Assembly (NCBI GenBank): GCA_017656505.1
Contig: JACDNU010000005.1
Coordinates: 14,739-78,738 of the forward strand
Direction: 5' to 3'
Origin: Archaeoglobus sp.
GTDB lineage: Archaea > Halobacteriota > Archaeoglobi > Archaeoglobales > Archaeoglobaceae
Length of the DNA stretch: 64,000 bases
Below, piece by piece: positions 1 to 11,764 of the stretch (the first letter of the stretch is position 1; each line of letters starts with the position of its first letter). The notes under the pieces were generated by a model that made no database searches, was not told where the DNA came from, and saw only the letters and a list, made by a program, of their open reading frames with translations. Both the position numbers and the translations under genes were made by a program.

Positions 1-247
1 ATAGAGCGGCATCTCTCGTTATGAGCTTTCTACCCTTTTCGGTGAGTTCGTAATAGACCCATTTTCTACCGTTTTCAACTCTTTTCACCATACCAGTTTC
101 ACAGAGCTTTTCAAGATGATATGCAAGCGTGGGTTTGGAGTAACCGGTTATCTTGGCTAACTCAGAAATCGTGTATGGTCTAGACTTGAGCTGAGAGAGG
201 ATTCTACTCCGTGATGTTGTAAAAATATCTCTTAAGCTTCGAATCAC
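1..247 (-). CDS. ArsR-family winged-helix transcriptional regulator (runs off window edge)
   Basis: Manual translation from GTG at 247: MIRSLRDIFTTSRSRILSQLKSRPYTISELAKITGYSKPTLAYHLEKLCETGMVKRVENGRKWVYYELTEKG, a typical wHTH. Confidence 0.8.
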   Translation of the reverse strand, partial: MIRSLRDIFTTSRSRILSQLKSRPYTISELAKITGYSKPTLAYHLEKLCETGMVKRVENGRKWVYYELTEKGRKLITRDAAL

Positions 248-302
248 AGAGTAAGCTGCTTTCTGATTAAAATAACGTTTTTGGTTATGGTAGAAAAAAT
301 AA

Positions 303-1481
<1,179 letters not shown>

Positions 1482-1564
1482 AGAGTCAAAAAACCAAAAA
1501 CCAAAATTGAACTGGGATTTCAAAACCCCTTTACCCTTTTATCTTCCCTTTCAATTATGTCCGT

Positions 1565-2239
1565 ATGCTTAAAAGATTCACAGCTTACGCCAACATAAGC
1601 GAGGTGACTAGCTACGCTTACTGCCCAAGGCTCTGCTACTTTCGTCAGAGATTCGGTGAAGGGCTGGGAGTTTTGAGCGCCGCCAAAGAGATCTATCTGA
1701 GTCTGAGGAAAGGATTAGATATAGAATGGGCGAAAAACAGATTCCTAAGCCTTGGAGGAGACGAGGAGGTTTTTGAGAGGGCACATGCAGAATTTAATTT
1801 CCTTAAGATTCCAAAACTCAAACCAATTGAGTGGGAGGTTAGCTTGCTTTCAAGAAAATACCGCCTTAAGGGTGTTGTTGATGAGATCGTTTACGATTCG
1901 GGAATTAGGCCCCTTGCTATCTCACTTAAAGCTCCAAAAGAGGGAGTTTGGTTCAAGGACGCGATAAAAGTAGCATCTCAGCTCATTCTTCTTAATGAGA
2001 GTAATTTTGCTGAAGAGAAGATCAAAAATGGTTTTGTCTACCACTGCTTCGATGGAGTTTTAAGAGAAGTAGAAGTTGACAGAAAACTGAGATTTCACGT
2101 GATGAAGCTAGTTGAAAGAGTTTTGAGGTTAAAAAGAGGATTTGTCCCCGAAAGAATCGAGGGAAAAAAGTGTTCAAATTGCACATACCTAGAGAATTGC
2201 AGAGCTACGAGCAGCACCTTTGCTTCGAAATTTTTATGA
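1565..2239 (+). CDS. Solo Cas4/Dna2-like PD-(D/E)xK nuclease with Fe-S cysteines
   Basis: N-terminal ISEVTSYAYCPRLCYF, GVVDEI, C-terminal KCSNCTYLENC; no other cas genes or array in the window. Confidence 0.75.
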   Translation: MLKRFTAYANISEVTSYAYCPRLCYFRQRFGEGLGVLSAAKEIYLSLRKGLDIEWAKNRFLSLGGDEEVFERAHAEFNFLKIPKLKPIEWEVSLLSRKYRLKGVVDEIVYDSGIRPLAISLKAPKEGVWFKDAIKVASQLILLNESNFAEEKIKNGFVYHCFDGVLREVEVDRKLRFHVMKLVERVLRLKRGFVPERIEGKKCSNCTYLENCRATSSTFASKFL

Positions 2240-2279
2240 TTTTAATTAAAACAAAAGTAAAATAGCCTAACTCGCTAAC

Positions 2280-3584
2280 TCATTTTAACTCATCGAAGGC
2301 CTTCTTTTGCTTGTACTTGGATATTGCTATTGCAGCTGCTCCACCACCGCCGATGAGAACTGCGATTACAGCACCAATAAGCACGAGTCTATCCCTCTGC
2401 TCGAAGAAGAATGGCTCGGGAGTAGGAGTTGGTGTGGGGGTTGGTGTGGGGGTGGGAGTTGGAGTTTCCTTCGCCTCGTCAATCTTCTTTCTGAGCTCAG
2501 CTATCAGCGAGTTTGCCTGCATGGTAAGGCTTGCGGTCTCATTTATGATGTTGTTTGATCTTTTTATGACATCATCAAACTTGTTCTTCTCAAGGTAATC
2601 AGCGGTTTTATCGTTTTTATCAATTAATGTTGTGTACTTGCTTTTGAGAGTTATGAGCTGGAATTCGTAGCTCGAAGTTGGTATTCCTTCATTCTTGGCC
2701 TCCTGAATCGTGTAGTCGAATTGTACTAAAGTAACTGAGAGCTTTTCAAGTTCTTCCCCAGCTTTTTCATAAATAAAGTTCGCCTTAGCTTTTGATAGCT
2801 CGAAAGCAGCTTTATCAAGCAATTCTTCAACATTCTTCAACTTCTCGTCTGAATCTATGTACTTTCCATCTTTGTAGTAATTCTCCGCAAGGGTTATGTT
2901 ATCCCTTGCCTTTTCCAAATAGTCTTTTGCATCAACCGTTACAGCACCCTCTTCCTCGAGCATAGTTGCGTTATCGCTTAAACTCTGGTATCTCTTCTTA
3001 ACCTCATCAAGATCCTTTGTGAATTGGTTGAGATTCAAGACGCGGATTTCAATGGATGGTAAGACGTTGTCGTCTGCATCAGAGACCTCAATCCAAAGTG
3101 CTTTCACGGTTTCAAGCCGTTTTTCGACAGAGGGGACTGTCCCTTTCACCTCAACCTCTATCTCATCAACCCCTCCCTGCGATCCCGTATCGCCTATGTG
3201 GAAGGACATCTTTATTGTCCCATCAAGGAGTTCACAAGAGTCCTCAGGATTCTGGCATCTGCCATTCAGATACTGATGCTGGATTGACGCTCCAGTTGTT
3301 AGAAAAACGGTTGCTCTGAGTGTTACTCCATCGAGAGACGAATAAACGTAGTAATATCTGTCGTCCAGTTTCACCTTCTTATCATCATCTGCTGGAACAA
3401 CGTAATAAAGAAACTCCAGTCTTTCCCCCGGGTTGTAGTATTCCTTCCCAACACCCTGTGGGTTTGGAGGGCCGAAATCCGATGCATTCAGGTGTTCTGC
3501 TGCCAAGGCAGTCGGAATAAGCGGAAACAACGATACGAGAAGCAAAATAATCAGGCAAATGAGTCCGAGCCTTGCAGCCTTCAT
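2280..3584 (-). CDS. Secreted, C-terminally membrane-anchored protein with helical/coiled-coil region and Thr-Pro linker
   Basis: Signal peptide, helical repeats, (TP)n linker, C-terminal TM helix plus basic tail; starts 10 bp after cetZ. Confidence 0.7.
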   Translation of the reverse strand: MKAARLGLICLIILLLVSLFPLIPTALAAEHLNASDFGPPNPQGVGKEYYNPGERLEFLYYVVPADDDKKVKLDDRYYYVYSSLDGVTLRATVFLTTGASIQHQYLNGRCQNPEDSCELLDGTIKMSFHIGDTGSQGGVDEIEVEVKGTVPSVEKRLETVKALWIEVSDADDNVLPSIEIRVLNLNQFTKDLDEVKKRYQSLSDNATMLEEEGAVTVDAKDYLEKARDNITLAENYYKDGKYIDSDEKLKNVEELLDKAAFELSKAKANFIYEKAGEELEKLSVTLVQFDYTIQEAKNEGIPTSSYEFQLITLKSKYTTLIDKNDKTADYLEKNKFDDVIKRSNNIINETASLTMQANSLIAELRKKIDEAKETPTPTPTPTPTPTPTPEPFFFEQRDRLVLIGAVIAVLIGGGGAAAIAISKYKQKKAFDELK

Positions 3585-3594
3585 GCTACCCTCC

Positions 3595-4776
3595 CTAGAA
3601 AAGGGGTTCTATGTCTTCATCAAACAAGGCAAGGGTCTTCTCAAGTCTGCTTTTTTCCGCTCCTTCAACCTCTTCCTTAGCTTCTGCAGCAAGTCTTTGA
3701 AGTTGCTTAACTCTCGGAATATCAGTTACATTTGCCAGCACAACCAAAGCTGCCACGTATTTAGTTCTTCTCGTCGGATAGTCGCCTGCTCTAACCTCCA
3801 CTCCTGAGATCTGCTCTTCGAGCCATAGCTTCGCCTTCTCTATCCCTTTCCTGTCAAGATGCTCTGGTGGGCCAGCTACAAGCACCAAAGCTTTCTCAGC
3901 ACTTCGAATATTGCACGGAACAGATAATCTGCCAAGGGCCGCTCTTCTAACGAGAGAGGCGATCTTCATCGACTTATCCTCATCATAGGTTCCTTTGTTC
4001 TCTTTCTTGAATATGCTCTTTAAGCTGAACTTCCTCTTCCTTTCCTGCGTTTCCGCCATTGACGTTGCGTAACCGATGGAGGAGATTCCCCCTCCCTTAA
4101 ACGTGTTGATAACTTCCGAGCTGTCTACAACCATCTCTCCAACCATTCCCTCTTCTATCGGCTCTCCAGCCCTTGCAAGAATCGCAAGCCTTCTTACGAT
4201 CTCCTCATTTATCTTCGCGAATGATTCCTTTAAACTCGTTCCTTCAAACTTCCAAGCCCCGTTGTCGATTAGGATGAGATTATCAACATACTTCAAAAGG
4301 GTGATTACACTCCTCGCAGCATTTAAGGAGTAAAGCTTCCCTTCTTCAGGGGCTGGGAGGATTCCTACAGCGTAAACGGGCTCAGAATACATTTCGCTAA
4401 GATATCTCGCCAAAACCGGGCTTCCACCGCTACCCGTTCCACCTCCGAGCCCGGTGATGATCAGAAAAGCATCAATATCATGGGTTCCTTTCTCATCTAT
4501 CGCATTCAATATCGTTTCGATCTCATCCTGAGCAATTTTCGCACCCATCTTGTTGTCGGTGCCTACTCCGTGCCCTTTGACAACAGTCTGACCGATGAGG
4601 ACCCTGTCCTTCATGGGTATATGATTAAGACCCATCAAGTCCGTTCTAGCGGTGTTCACAGCAAGAGTATGGAGTTTTATTCCCGCTCCTCTCTTTTTCT
4701 CGTTCTCGACAAATAAATCGAGGATCTTGCCTCCTGCCTGACCGAAACCAATTGCAAAGAATCTCATTTTTTCCAC
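3595..4776 (-). CDS. cetZ: CetZ (tubulin/FtsZ-family protein)
   Basis: GFGQAGGKI, GHGVG, GGGTGSGG tubulin signature, GEMVVDSSEVINT typical of CetZ rather than FtsZ. Confidence 0.85.
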   Translation of the reverse strand: MEKMRFFAIGFGQAGGKILDLFVENEKKRGAGIKLHTLAVNTARTDLMGLNHIPMKDRVLIGQTVVKGHGVGTDNKMGAKIAQDEIETILNAIDEKGTHDIDAFLIITGLGGGTGSGGSPVLARYLSEMYSEPVYAVGILPAPEEGKLYSLNAARSVITLLKYVDNLILIDNGAWKFEGTSLKESFAKINEEIVRRLAILARAGEPIEEGMVGEMVVDSSEVINTFKGGGISSIGYATSMAETQERKRKFSLKSIFKKENKGTYDEDKSMKIASLVRRAALGRLSVPCNIRSAEKALVLVAGPPEHLDRKGIEKAKLWLEEQISGVEVRAGDYPTRRTKYVAALVVLANVTDIPRVKQLQRLAAEAKEEVEGAEKSRLEKTLALFDEDIEPLF

Positions 4777-4972
4777 CTTTTCTTTGTTGTTATCCGATTT
4801 ACAATTTAAGGCTTTCTGTTAATGATAATGATGTATTTATAATCCAGCCTGAACTTAAAGTTTTTGGAAGTTTTTCTTGAAAATTTGAAAATTATTTTCT
4901 TTCATGCAAGAAAGACGTTGAATTAGGCCAATTTCCTGTTGACTTCTGACTCCAAAATGAGGGATTCTGTCG

Positions 4973-5965
4973 TCACCTAAATTCGTCAATTTCATAATCT
5001 TTCCAATCTCTAATGCCGATCAGAATCTCAAATTCCTGAGGTGAAAGGATCGGCTTTCCAAACCTTTCCGGATCGTCATAGGTTATTCTGGGGCAGGCTG
5101 TATTTACGTAAACTCCAAAGGGAAAGTTTTCGAGAGCTTCGGGATTTATGTCGTTGAAGTAAATGATCGTTGCCTTTATACCGTTTTTCTCTGCCTGATT
5201 TCTTAGTTTTCTGGCGATCGCCAGTCTTTTCTGCCCAGGTTTGGATGACACGATTATGCCCACACCTTTCTCAGCCACCTCCATCGCTTTGGATATTCTA
5301 AGGAATCTTTTCCTTATAAAATCATCAACGAATTCCTTCCCGAAGGTCCTGAACTCATTGCTCAAGGGATTCCAGAAGTAAACCTTCTTTCTCGTATAGA
5401 TTGCTGCTCCCCTTGCATGGAAATCGCCATCTCCAACGAAGAGGATAGCCCTTGCTTTCGACCTTACAACAGAATAGTTACAGCCAAGCACTTGTCCCGG
5501 AACTCTAACCCTTCCCCTTGGCTTCCCCAAATACACTTTTAAGCCTTTATCCTCGAGAAATTTTTTCAGCTCAGAAAATTTCCACGCGTAGTGGGCTGTA
5601 CCGGCCAAACTAATTTCTCTTTCTTCTATTCTTTCGAGATGATTTGAAATTAATTCGATGCTGAAATCGTAGTAATAGGGAGCAAAAATTACCTTTTTCA
5701 AAGATCTAATGGGGAGGTGTGCAAAATGCACCAAGACGTCAACTTCTTCTGCCAGCATCAAATCTACATCGCATGCTCCGTAGGCGGCGGAAGCTGAAAT
5801 GATTGTTTCAAAACCAAGCTTTTCAAACCTTTCAGCGATTTCTTTAGTGAAGAACTTCAAGCCATCGGGAAGCTGAATGCCGATAACCTTGGCCTTTCTC
5901 CTTTCGAGCTCATCGAATATTTCCTGGAAATTGATTTTCTCAAGCAATTTTTCAGAATTCTGCAT
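4973..5965 (-). CDS. dph2: Diphthamide biosynthesis enzyme Dph2
   Basis: IQLPDGLK, YGACDV, GQVLGCNY, VNTACPRI. Confidence 0.93.
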   Translation of the reverse strand: MQNSEKLLEKINFQEIFDELERRKAKVIGIQLPDGLKFFTKEIAERFEKLGFETIISASAAYGACDVDLMLAEEVDVLVHFAHLPIRSLKKVIFAPYYYDFSIELISNHLERIEEREISLAGTAHYAWKFSELKKFLEDKGLKVYLGKPRGRVRVPGQVLGCNYSVVRSKARAILFVGDGDFHARGAAIYTRKKVYFWNPLSNEFRTFGKEFVDDFIRKRFLRISKAMEVAEKGVGIIVSSKPGQKRLAIARKLRNQAEKNGIKATIIYFNDINPEALENFPFGVYVNTACPRITYDDPERFGKPILSPQEFEILIGIRDWKDYEIDEFR

Positions 5966-5984
5966 AAATTTGAAAAATAAAGAA

Positions 5985-8246
5985 TCAGAGTTTTCTCAGT
6001 TTATCAAGCATTATCTTCCTTTCAACCCTGTAAATTGTTTCGCGTACCGCCTTAACAGCATCTTGGTTTGCAGAAACGCTGTCTATTCCCAGCTCCACCA
6101 GCTTCTCAACAACATGTGGATAGCTTCCAGCCTGTCCGCAGATCGAAGTCTTAACGCCATTCTCCTTGCAAACCTTTATGACCATTTCTATGAGCTTTAG
6201 CACTGCCGGATGGGTTTCATCAAAGAGGTACGCTACGTTCTCGTTGTTTCTGTCAACGGCAAGCGTGTACTGCGTTAGATCGTTCGTGCCGAAGGAAATG
6301 AAATCTATGCCCTCCTTCACCAGATCTTCGATTATCAAAGCCGATGCTGGAGTTTCGACCATGATTCCGAACTCTATCTTATTCAGGGGCAAACCTTCCT
6401 CGATAAGAATTCGCTTAGCTCTTCTAACTTCCTCAACATTCGAAACCAAGGGCAGCATTATCCCGACATTTGTCAGGCCTTCATCAACAAGCTTCTTTAT
6501 CGCCCTGAATTCAGCTCTCAAATGCTCCTCCTCGAAAAGGTCCCTTCTTATCCCTCTAAAGCCAAGCATCGGATTTGCCTCAATTGGCTCATCCTCTCCC
6601 CCTTCCATCGCTCTGAACTCATCCGTCGGGGCGTCGAGGGTTCTTATCCATACAGGTTTCGGATAAAAGGCTTCGAGGACTTTCTTCATCCCCTGATACA
6701 AAGCATCGACGTAAACATCCATCTGTCCCTCGCGAATGTACTTCATCGGATGCTTTTCCAAGCCAAGAACCATGTGCTCGATTCTGAAAAGGCCTACTCC
6801 ATCAGCCCCAGTTGCAGCAGCCCTCTCAGCAGCTTCAGGAATAGAAACGTTCACCTTGACTTCAGTTGCAGTTATAAGTGGTGCCGATGCTGCGACCTCA
6901 ATTCTCTCCTCTTTCTTGACCTCTTTAACCGCTCCAGCGTAAACAACGCCTTTCTCCCCATCTACCGTAACCGTCATTCCATCTTTAAGAATTTGCGTTG
7001 CTTTTTTGGTTCCAACCACTGCAGGAACACCCAATTCCCTCGAAACTATCGCCGCATGGCAGGTCATTCCACCCTCATCTGTTACGATTGCTGCTGCTCT
7101 CCTCATCGCCGGAACCATGTCCGGAGTTGTCATTGTTGTTACGAGAATGTCTCCCTCCTTAACCTTGGATATTTCCTTCTCGCCCTTAATCACCTTAACT
7201 TCTCCCGTTCCTATGCCGGGAGATGCTCCCAAACCCCTAACAAGGATTTCAGCTTCAGCAGCTTCCTCTTCCGCCACCTCAACGCCTCCTTCTTTCTTCT
7301 TTATTGTTGTTACGGGCCTGGATTGTACGATGTAGATTTTTCCATTCTCTATGGCCCATTCTACATCCTGAGGATTTCCGTAGTGGGATTCGATAATCTC
7401 GCCGATCTCAACAAGTCTAATAACCTCTTCATCACTAAGAACTCTCTCCTTTGATTTCTTTTCATCCAATTCGATTTCAACCGTTTTGCCATTCTTTTTC
7501 GTAATCATCATCGACTTTTCGCCTACCTTAACATCCACAATCTTTCTTTTCTTGCGATCAAAGATGTACGTGTCTGGAGTGACTCTACCGCTAACGATTG
7601 CCTCTCCCAAACCGAAAACAGCTTCGACAATTGTGAGGGGTTCTCCAGTGACAGGATGAGACGTGAACATCACGCCACTCTTCTCGCTGTTTACCATTTT
7701 CTGCACAACAACAGCGATGCTTACATCCTCATGCCTGAAGCCTTTCTGAACCCTATAATAGATTGCTCTGGGCGTGTAAAGACTGCTCCAGCATTTTCTT
7801 ACATAGCGTATAAGATTTCTACCATCAACATTCAGAAATGTATCCTGCTGCCCAGCAAAGCTCGCATCCGGCAGATCTTCTGCTGTTGCTGAGCTTCTAA
7901 CAGCCACATAAACCTTGGATCCTTCCATCCTAACTAGCTGCTCGTATGCTTTTTTGATTTCCATTTTAATGTCTTCTGGCACCGGAGTTGATTCGACCAG
8001 CTTCCTGATTCTTTGCGATACCTTTGAGAGGGTTTCAGTATCCTCAACGTCAAGATTTTCAAGCTCCTTTTCAATTTTCTCCTTTATTCCAGTCTTCTCA
8101 ATAAAATCGCGATAGGTTTTGCTGTCGATAACAAATCCATTGGGGACGGGGATTTCGTTCCTGAAAAGCTCTCCAAGATTTGCGCCCTTCCCTCCGACCA
8201 AAGGGATGTCTTGCTTACCAATCTCGTTGAACCATAGCACACCCAT
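5985..8246 (-). CDS. ppsA: Phosphoenolpyruvate synthase
   Basis: VGGKGANLGEL, RSSATAEDLPDASFAGQQ, GGMTCHAAIVSRE, SFGTNDLTQ. Confidence 0.96.
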   Translation of the reverse strand: MGVLWFNEIGKQDIPLVGGKGANLGELFRNEIPVPNGFVIDSKTYRDFIEKTGIKEKIEKELENLDVEDTETLSKVSQRIRKLVESTPVPEDIKMEIKKAYEQLVRMEGSKVYVAVRSSATAEDLPDASFAGQQDTFLNVDGRNLIRYVRKCWSSLYTPRAIYYRVQKGFRHEDVSIAVVVQKMVNSEKSGVMFTSHPVTGEPLTIVEAVFGLGEAIVSGRVTPDTYIFDRKKRKIVDVKVGEKSMMITKKNGKTVEIELDEKKSKERVLSDEEVIRLVEIGEIIESHYGNPQDVEWAIENGKIYIVQSRPVTTIKKKEGGVEVAEEEAAEAEILVRGLGASPGIGTGEVKVIKGEKEISKVKEGDILVTTMTTPDMVPAMRRAAAIVTDEGGMTCHAAIVSRELGVPAVVGTKKATQILKDGMTVTVDGEKGVVYAGAVKEVKKEERIEVAASAPLITATEVKVNVSIPEAAERAAATGADGVGLFRIEHMVLGLEKHPMKYIREGQMDVYVDALYQGMKKVLEAFYPKPVWIRTLDAPTDEFRAMEGGEDEPIEANPMLGFRGIRRDLFEEEHLRAEFRAIKKLVDEGLTNVGIMLPLVSNVEEVRRAKRILIEEGLPLNKIEFGIMVETPASALIIEDLVKEGIDFISFGTNDLTQYTLAVDRNNENVAYLFDETHPAVLKLIEMVIKVCKENGVKTSICGQAGSYPHVVEKLVELGIDSVSANQDAVKAVRETIYRVERKIMLDKLRKL

Positions 8247-8527
8247 CGTCTCACCTTGTGCTTTGGTTACCTTGAGATAATAAAAGACTTTTTATGGTAA
8301 GGTTAGTTTTTGGGTTGTCTTGGGTTGTCTTAGTTGTCTCGAGTGTTACTGTTTGTGTCTTTTTTGTCTGTTTGTTTGTTAACTTTTTACCTCTACTCTT
8401 AATACCACTTAATACCACTTTATTAATACCAAGTCCTGCTTTCCCGAGTAAATCGATGAAAGGGTAGAAGATTAGGGTAAAGTCAAAGTAGAAAAAAAAC
8501 TTTATAGTTAAAAAGGTAATATCGTTC

Positions 8528-9700
8528 ATGGATCCTGTAGAGGCCAGAAAATGGCTTCTTCTCTTCATAATTCTAGGCGGGTTGGGAACTGGTTTGATGG
8601 TGAATGCTCCAGCAATCTTCCTCGGCTACGGTTTTGCATATCTTACAATGCTTCTAGCTGCTTGGATTTTCAAACCGAGAGATGCTTTCATTGCTGTCCT
8701 AGGAGCAACTCTGGTAGCACTTCCCTTCTTAATTCTCCCTAAATCGGCTTTCGTGGAGGTTGCAGTGCTGAACGTTCTTGTAAGACCCATCGTCACCTAT
8801 CCGGCCTCGTTGATAAGATGGCGGAAGGGACTGATCGTTTCGACTCTCAGCCTAACGGCTTTGGAGGAATTACTTGCCTTAACCATTGCGATCCTTTACT
8901 ACGGCGACGATGGCATCCATACGGGGTTGGCAATCTTCGGAATTTTCCTAACTCCCTTTGCATACGTTATTTACGCTTCTTTAGAGAAAGAAGGGATCGA
9001 GAGACCAATGGGTGTTTTTGGTGGCCTAATTGCAAGCTTCGCCTTCTACTTCTCACTCTTTGCTTTTCCTGCCATGCTTACGACGATTCTTTCCATTATG
9101 GGTTTGCTGCTGTTCCTTTACTGGCTTTCAAGGGCAAAGTCAGCTGCATTAGCGGCAGTAGGAATCGTTATCGTTGTATTCGGGCTTCTCTTAGGGGGAA
9201 GCTCTCTCCAAGCAAATTTCAAAACCGGATTGTATCCTTTTGAGCCGAAAAGCTGGAGCGACGCCAGATGGATGCAGGAAAATTCCAGCTGCATTCAGAG
9301 GCCTGATGTTTTCGAGGGAACTCATACCCCTTCAAGACTCAGAATAGCCTCCACCTGCGTTGAAACCGTTGGAGTTGTTAGAATTCCCCCTTTCATCGCC
9401 GGAGACGGAGACTACTGCTTTGACATCCTGCCTGAGAACAAGGAATTGCTGGGAGTGGGAAACTACGTGCTAAGAAAGGGTGGTTTGCACATCGAGGTTG
9501 TTCCTGCTGATCAAGAGAGGGTGCTGGGGAAAATAGGAGGGGTTTGCCCAGGAGATGTTGTAAGGGTGAAAGGCGTGTGGGTTGTCGATACCGATCATGG
9601 GATGTGGGCAGAGATCCATCCGGCCGAAAAGATTGAGATCATAAAAGGCAGCAAAGAAAGGTGGCCTGATTGTGTGATGGGAAAGACGTTTGAAGAGTGA
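8528..9700 (+). CDS. Multi-pass membrane protein with C-terminal extracytoplasmic Cys-containing, OB-fold-like domain
   Basis: Multiple hydrophobic helices in the first ~225 aa; C-terminal DGDYCFD...HIEVVP...WVVDTDHG...EIHPA motifs. Confidence 0.6.
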   Translation: MDPVEARKWLLLFIILGGLGTGLMVNAPAIFLGYGFAYLTMLLAAWIFKPRDAFIAVLGATLVALPFLILPKSAFVEVAVLNVLVRPIVTYPASLIRWRKGLIVSTLSLTALEELLALTIAILYYGDDGIHTGLAIFGIFLTPFAYVIYASLEKEGIERPMGVFGGLIASFAFYFSLFAFPAMLTTILSIMGLLLFLYWLSRAKSAALAAVGIVIVVFGLLLGGSSLQANFKTGLYPFEPKSWSDARWMQENSSCIQRPDVFEGTHTPSRLRIASTCVETVGVVRIPPFIAGDGDYCFDILPENKELLGVGNYVLRKGGLHIEVVPADQERVLGKIGGVCPGDVVRVKGVWVVDTDHGMWAEIHPAEKIEIIKGSKERWPDCVMGKTFEE

Positions 9701-10017
9701 TTTCTGGTATTTTTAGTTTTTGGTTTACTCCGTTTTGTCCTTTTTTGACGAAATATCATTTGTTGCATTAAAAATACCTCCGTACTCTCCTCACCGGATG
9801 GTTTTCCCTCCAAAACCCCCTCTAACTCCTATCTAACCTCTACCTTAATCCCCGCTTTAACCTCTAATCCCGAATCCACTGTCCAAACCATAGCTTCACC
9901 TCTCCTCACTTTCTCTATCTCCTTCACTCAAGCAAATTCACATTCCAAAGGTTGCTTTCAAAATCCAAATTTGCTAGGAGGCAAAAATTTTTAATCCTCG
10001 CTGCTCAAGCGGCGGTG

Positions 10018-11601
10018 ATGAAGGTTCTCGTCTCAGATCCAATCCCGGATGAAGCAGTTTTGATGATGAAGAACGCCGGAATATGGGTAGATGTGATGAC
10101 TAATCTCTCTCAGGATGAGCTTATCAAAATAATCCCCGAATACGACGGCTTGATCGTCAGGAGTGGTACCAAGGTCACCAAAGAGGTAATTGAGGCTGCT
10201 AAGAAGCTAAAGATTATAGGCAGAGCGGGAGTTGGTGTGGATAACATCGATGTCGAGGCTGCGACCCAAAAAGGAATCGTGGTTGCAAACGCTCCCGGAG
10301 GAAATTCCGTTTCTACAGCTGAGCTTTCTCTTGCGATGATCTTTGCGGTTGCGAGAAAGATTCCGCAGGCTGTCCAGAGCGTTAAAACCGGTAAATGGGA
10401 GAGGAAAAAATTTTTAGGAACAGAGCTTAGAGGCAAAACTCTCGGCGTCGTTGGTTTAGGTAGGGTTGGATTCGAGGTTGCAAAGCGTGCAAGGGCTTTG
10501 GAAATGAGTGTCCTGGCTTATGATCCATACATTGGAGAAGATAAAGCTAAAGAAATCGGCGTCGAGCTGGTGGAGCTCGATGAGCTCATAAGAAGATCTG
10601 ACTTCATAACCATCCACGTTCCAAAAACTAAGGAAACGGAGGGCATGTTCTCAAAAAGGGAATTCGAGATGATGAAGGATGGAGCATACATAATAAACTG
10701 CGCCAGAGGAGGAATTGTTGATGAGAAGGCTCTTTACGAGGCTTTAAAAGATGGGAAGATTGCTGGAGCAGCTTTGGATGTTTACGAGACCGAACCTCCT
10801 TCTCCCGAAAATCCCCTTTTAAAGCTGGACAACGTCGTTACAACCCCACACATAGGGGCCTCAACTAAAGAGGCTCAGATAAGCGTAGGTCTTACAATAG
10901 CAGAAGAGATCCTTAACGTTTACAAAGGGCTGCCCGTAAGGAATGCGGTTAACCTCCCAAGCTTGGATCCAACAGTCTATCAGAAGATCTTTCCATTCAT
11001 GCTTCTCGCCGAGAAAATTGGCAAGATCGCATCTGCCAGACTCAACAACATCGTAAGGGCTGTTAGGATCACTTATAAAGGAAAAATCGCTGCTCTCGAT
11101 ACTGCTTACATTACAAGATCGCTGCTGATGGGTTTGCTGCGAGACATCCTTGGATCCAACATAAACTTAGTTTCATGCATGCCCATAGCAAAGGAGAGAG
11201 GGATTCGTGTTGAAGAGAGCAAAAGCGAAACGTCAGACTACTATGACAGCATATTAGAGGTTTTTGTGGAGAGCGACGACAGCTCGATCACGATTGAGGG
11301 CACCTGTTTCGGCAAAGAGGATTTCCGAGTGATCAAGATAGACAAATATAAGGTCGATTTCGTGCCGAAAGGAAACTACATAATCTCCCTCCACGAAGAT
11401 AAGCCGGGAGTCATAGGCAGGGTTGGGACGCTTTTCGGGAACAACAACATCAACATTGCTGGAATGATCGTCGGCAGACATGGGGGACCGGGAGGTGTTC
11501 AGCTCATGCTTTTGCTGGTTGATGACGTTCCACCAAAGGATGTGCTGGATGAGATGACGACACTCGACGGAATAATCGATGCAACTTACATCGAGCTTTG
11601 A
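10018..11601 (+). CDS. serA: D-3-phosphoglycerate dehydrogenase
   Basis: MKVLVSDPI start after a [33 protein letters not shown]-terminal ACT domain (DKPGVIG). Confidence 0.95.
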   Translation: MKVLVSDPIPDEAVLMMKNAGIWVDVMTNLSQDELIKIIPEYDGLIVRSGTKVTKEVIEAAKKLKIIGRAGVGVDNIDVEAATQKGIVVANAPGGNSVSTAELSLAMIFAVARKIPQAVQSVKTGKWERKKFLGTELRGKTLGVVGLGRVGFEVAKRARALEMSVLAYDPYIGEDKAKEIGVELVELDELIRRSDFITIHVPKTKETEGMFSKREFEMMKDGAYIINCARGGIVDEKALYEALKDGKIAGAALDVYETEPPSPENPLLKLDNVVTTPHIGASTKEAQISVGLTIAEEILNVYKGLPVRNAVNLPSLDPTVYQKIFPFMLLAEKIGKIASARLNNIVRAVRITYKGKIAALDTAYITRSLLMGLLRDILGSNINLVSCMPIAKERGIRVEESKSETSDYYDSILEVFVESDDSSITIEGTCFGKEDFRVIKIDKYKVDFVPKGNYIISLHEDKPGVIGRVGTLFGNNNINIAGMIVGRHGGPGGVQLMLLLVDDVPPKDVLDEMTTLDGIIDATYIEL

Positions 11602-11764
11602 TAGATTTTAGAGTTTAATATTTATTTTGATTTGTGACGTTTTCGGTACTTTCCGCTTCCCCTGTTTCTAGTTTCCTCTTTTCTTCCTGTTTTCTTTTTT
11701 CTTTTGTTTCATTCATTTCCCTTCTAAAGCCCCACAACACCACAACACTAAGACACTTACAACA

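Noticed and set aside
2416..2466. GGTGTG/GGAGTT tandem repeat as a DNA element
   Set aside because: Explained by the Thr-Pro linker of the encoded protein.
6166..7454. Long plus-strand ORFs antisense to ppsA (and similar shadow ORFs across the window)
   Set aside because: Antisense shadows of well-supported genes, with no independent motifs.
8251..8527. 105-aa minus-strand ORF upstream of ppsA
   Set aside because: Made of low-complexity micro-duplicated sequence and overlaps the divergent promoter region.
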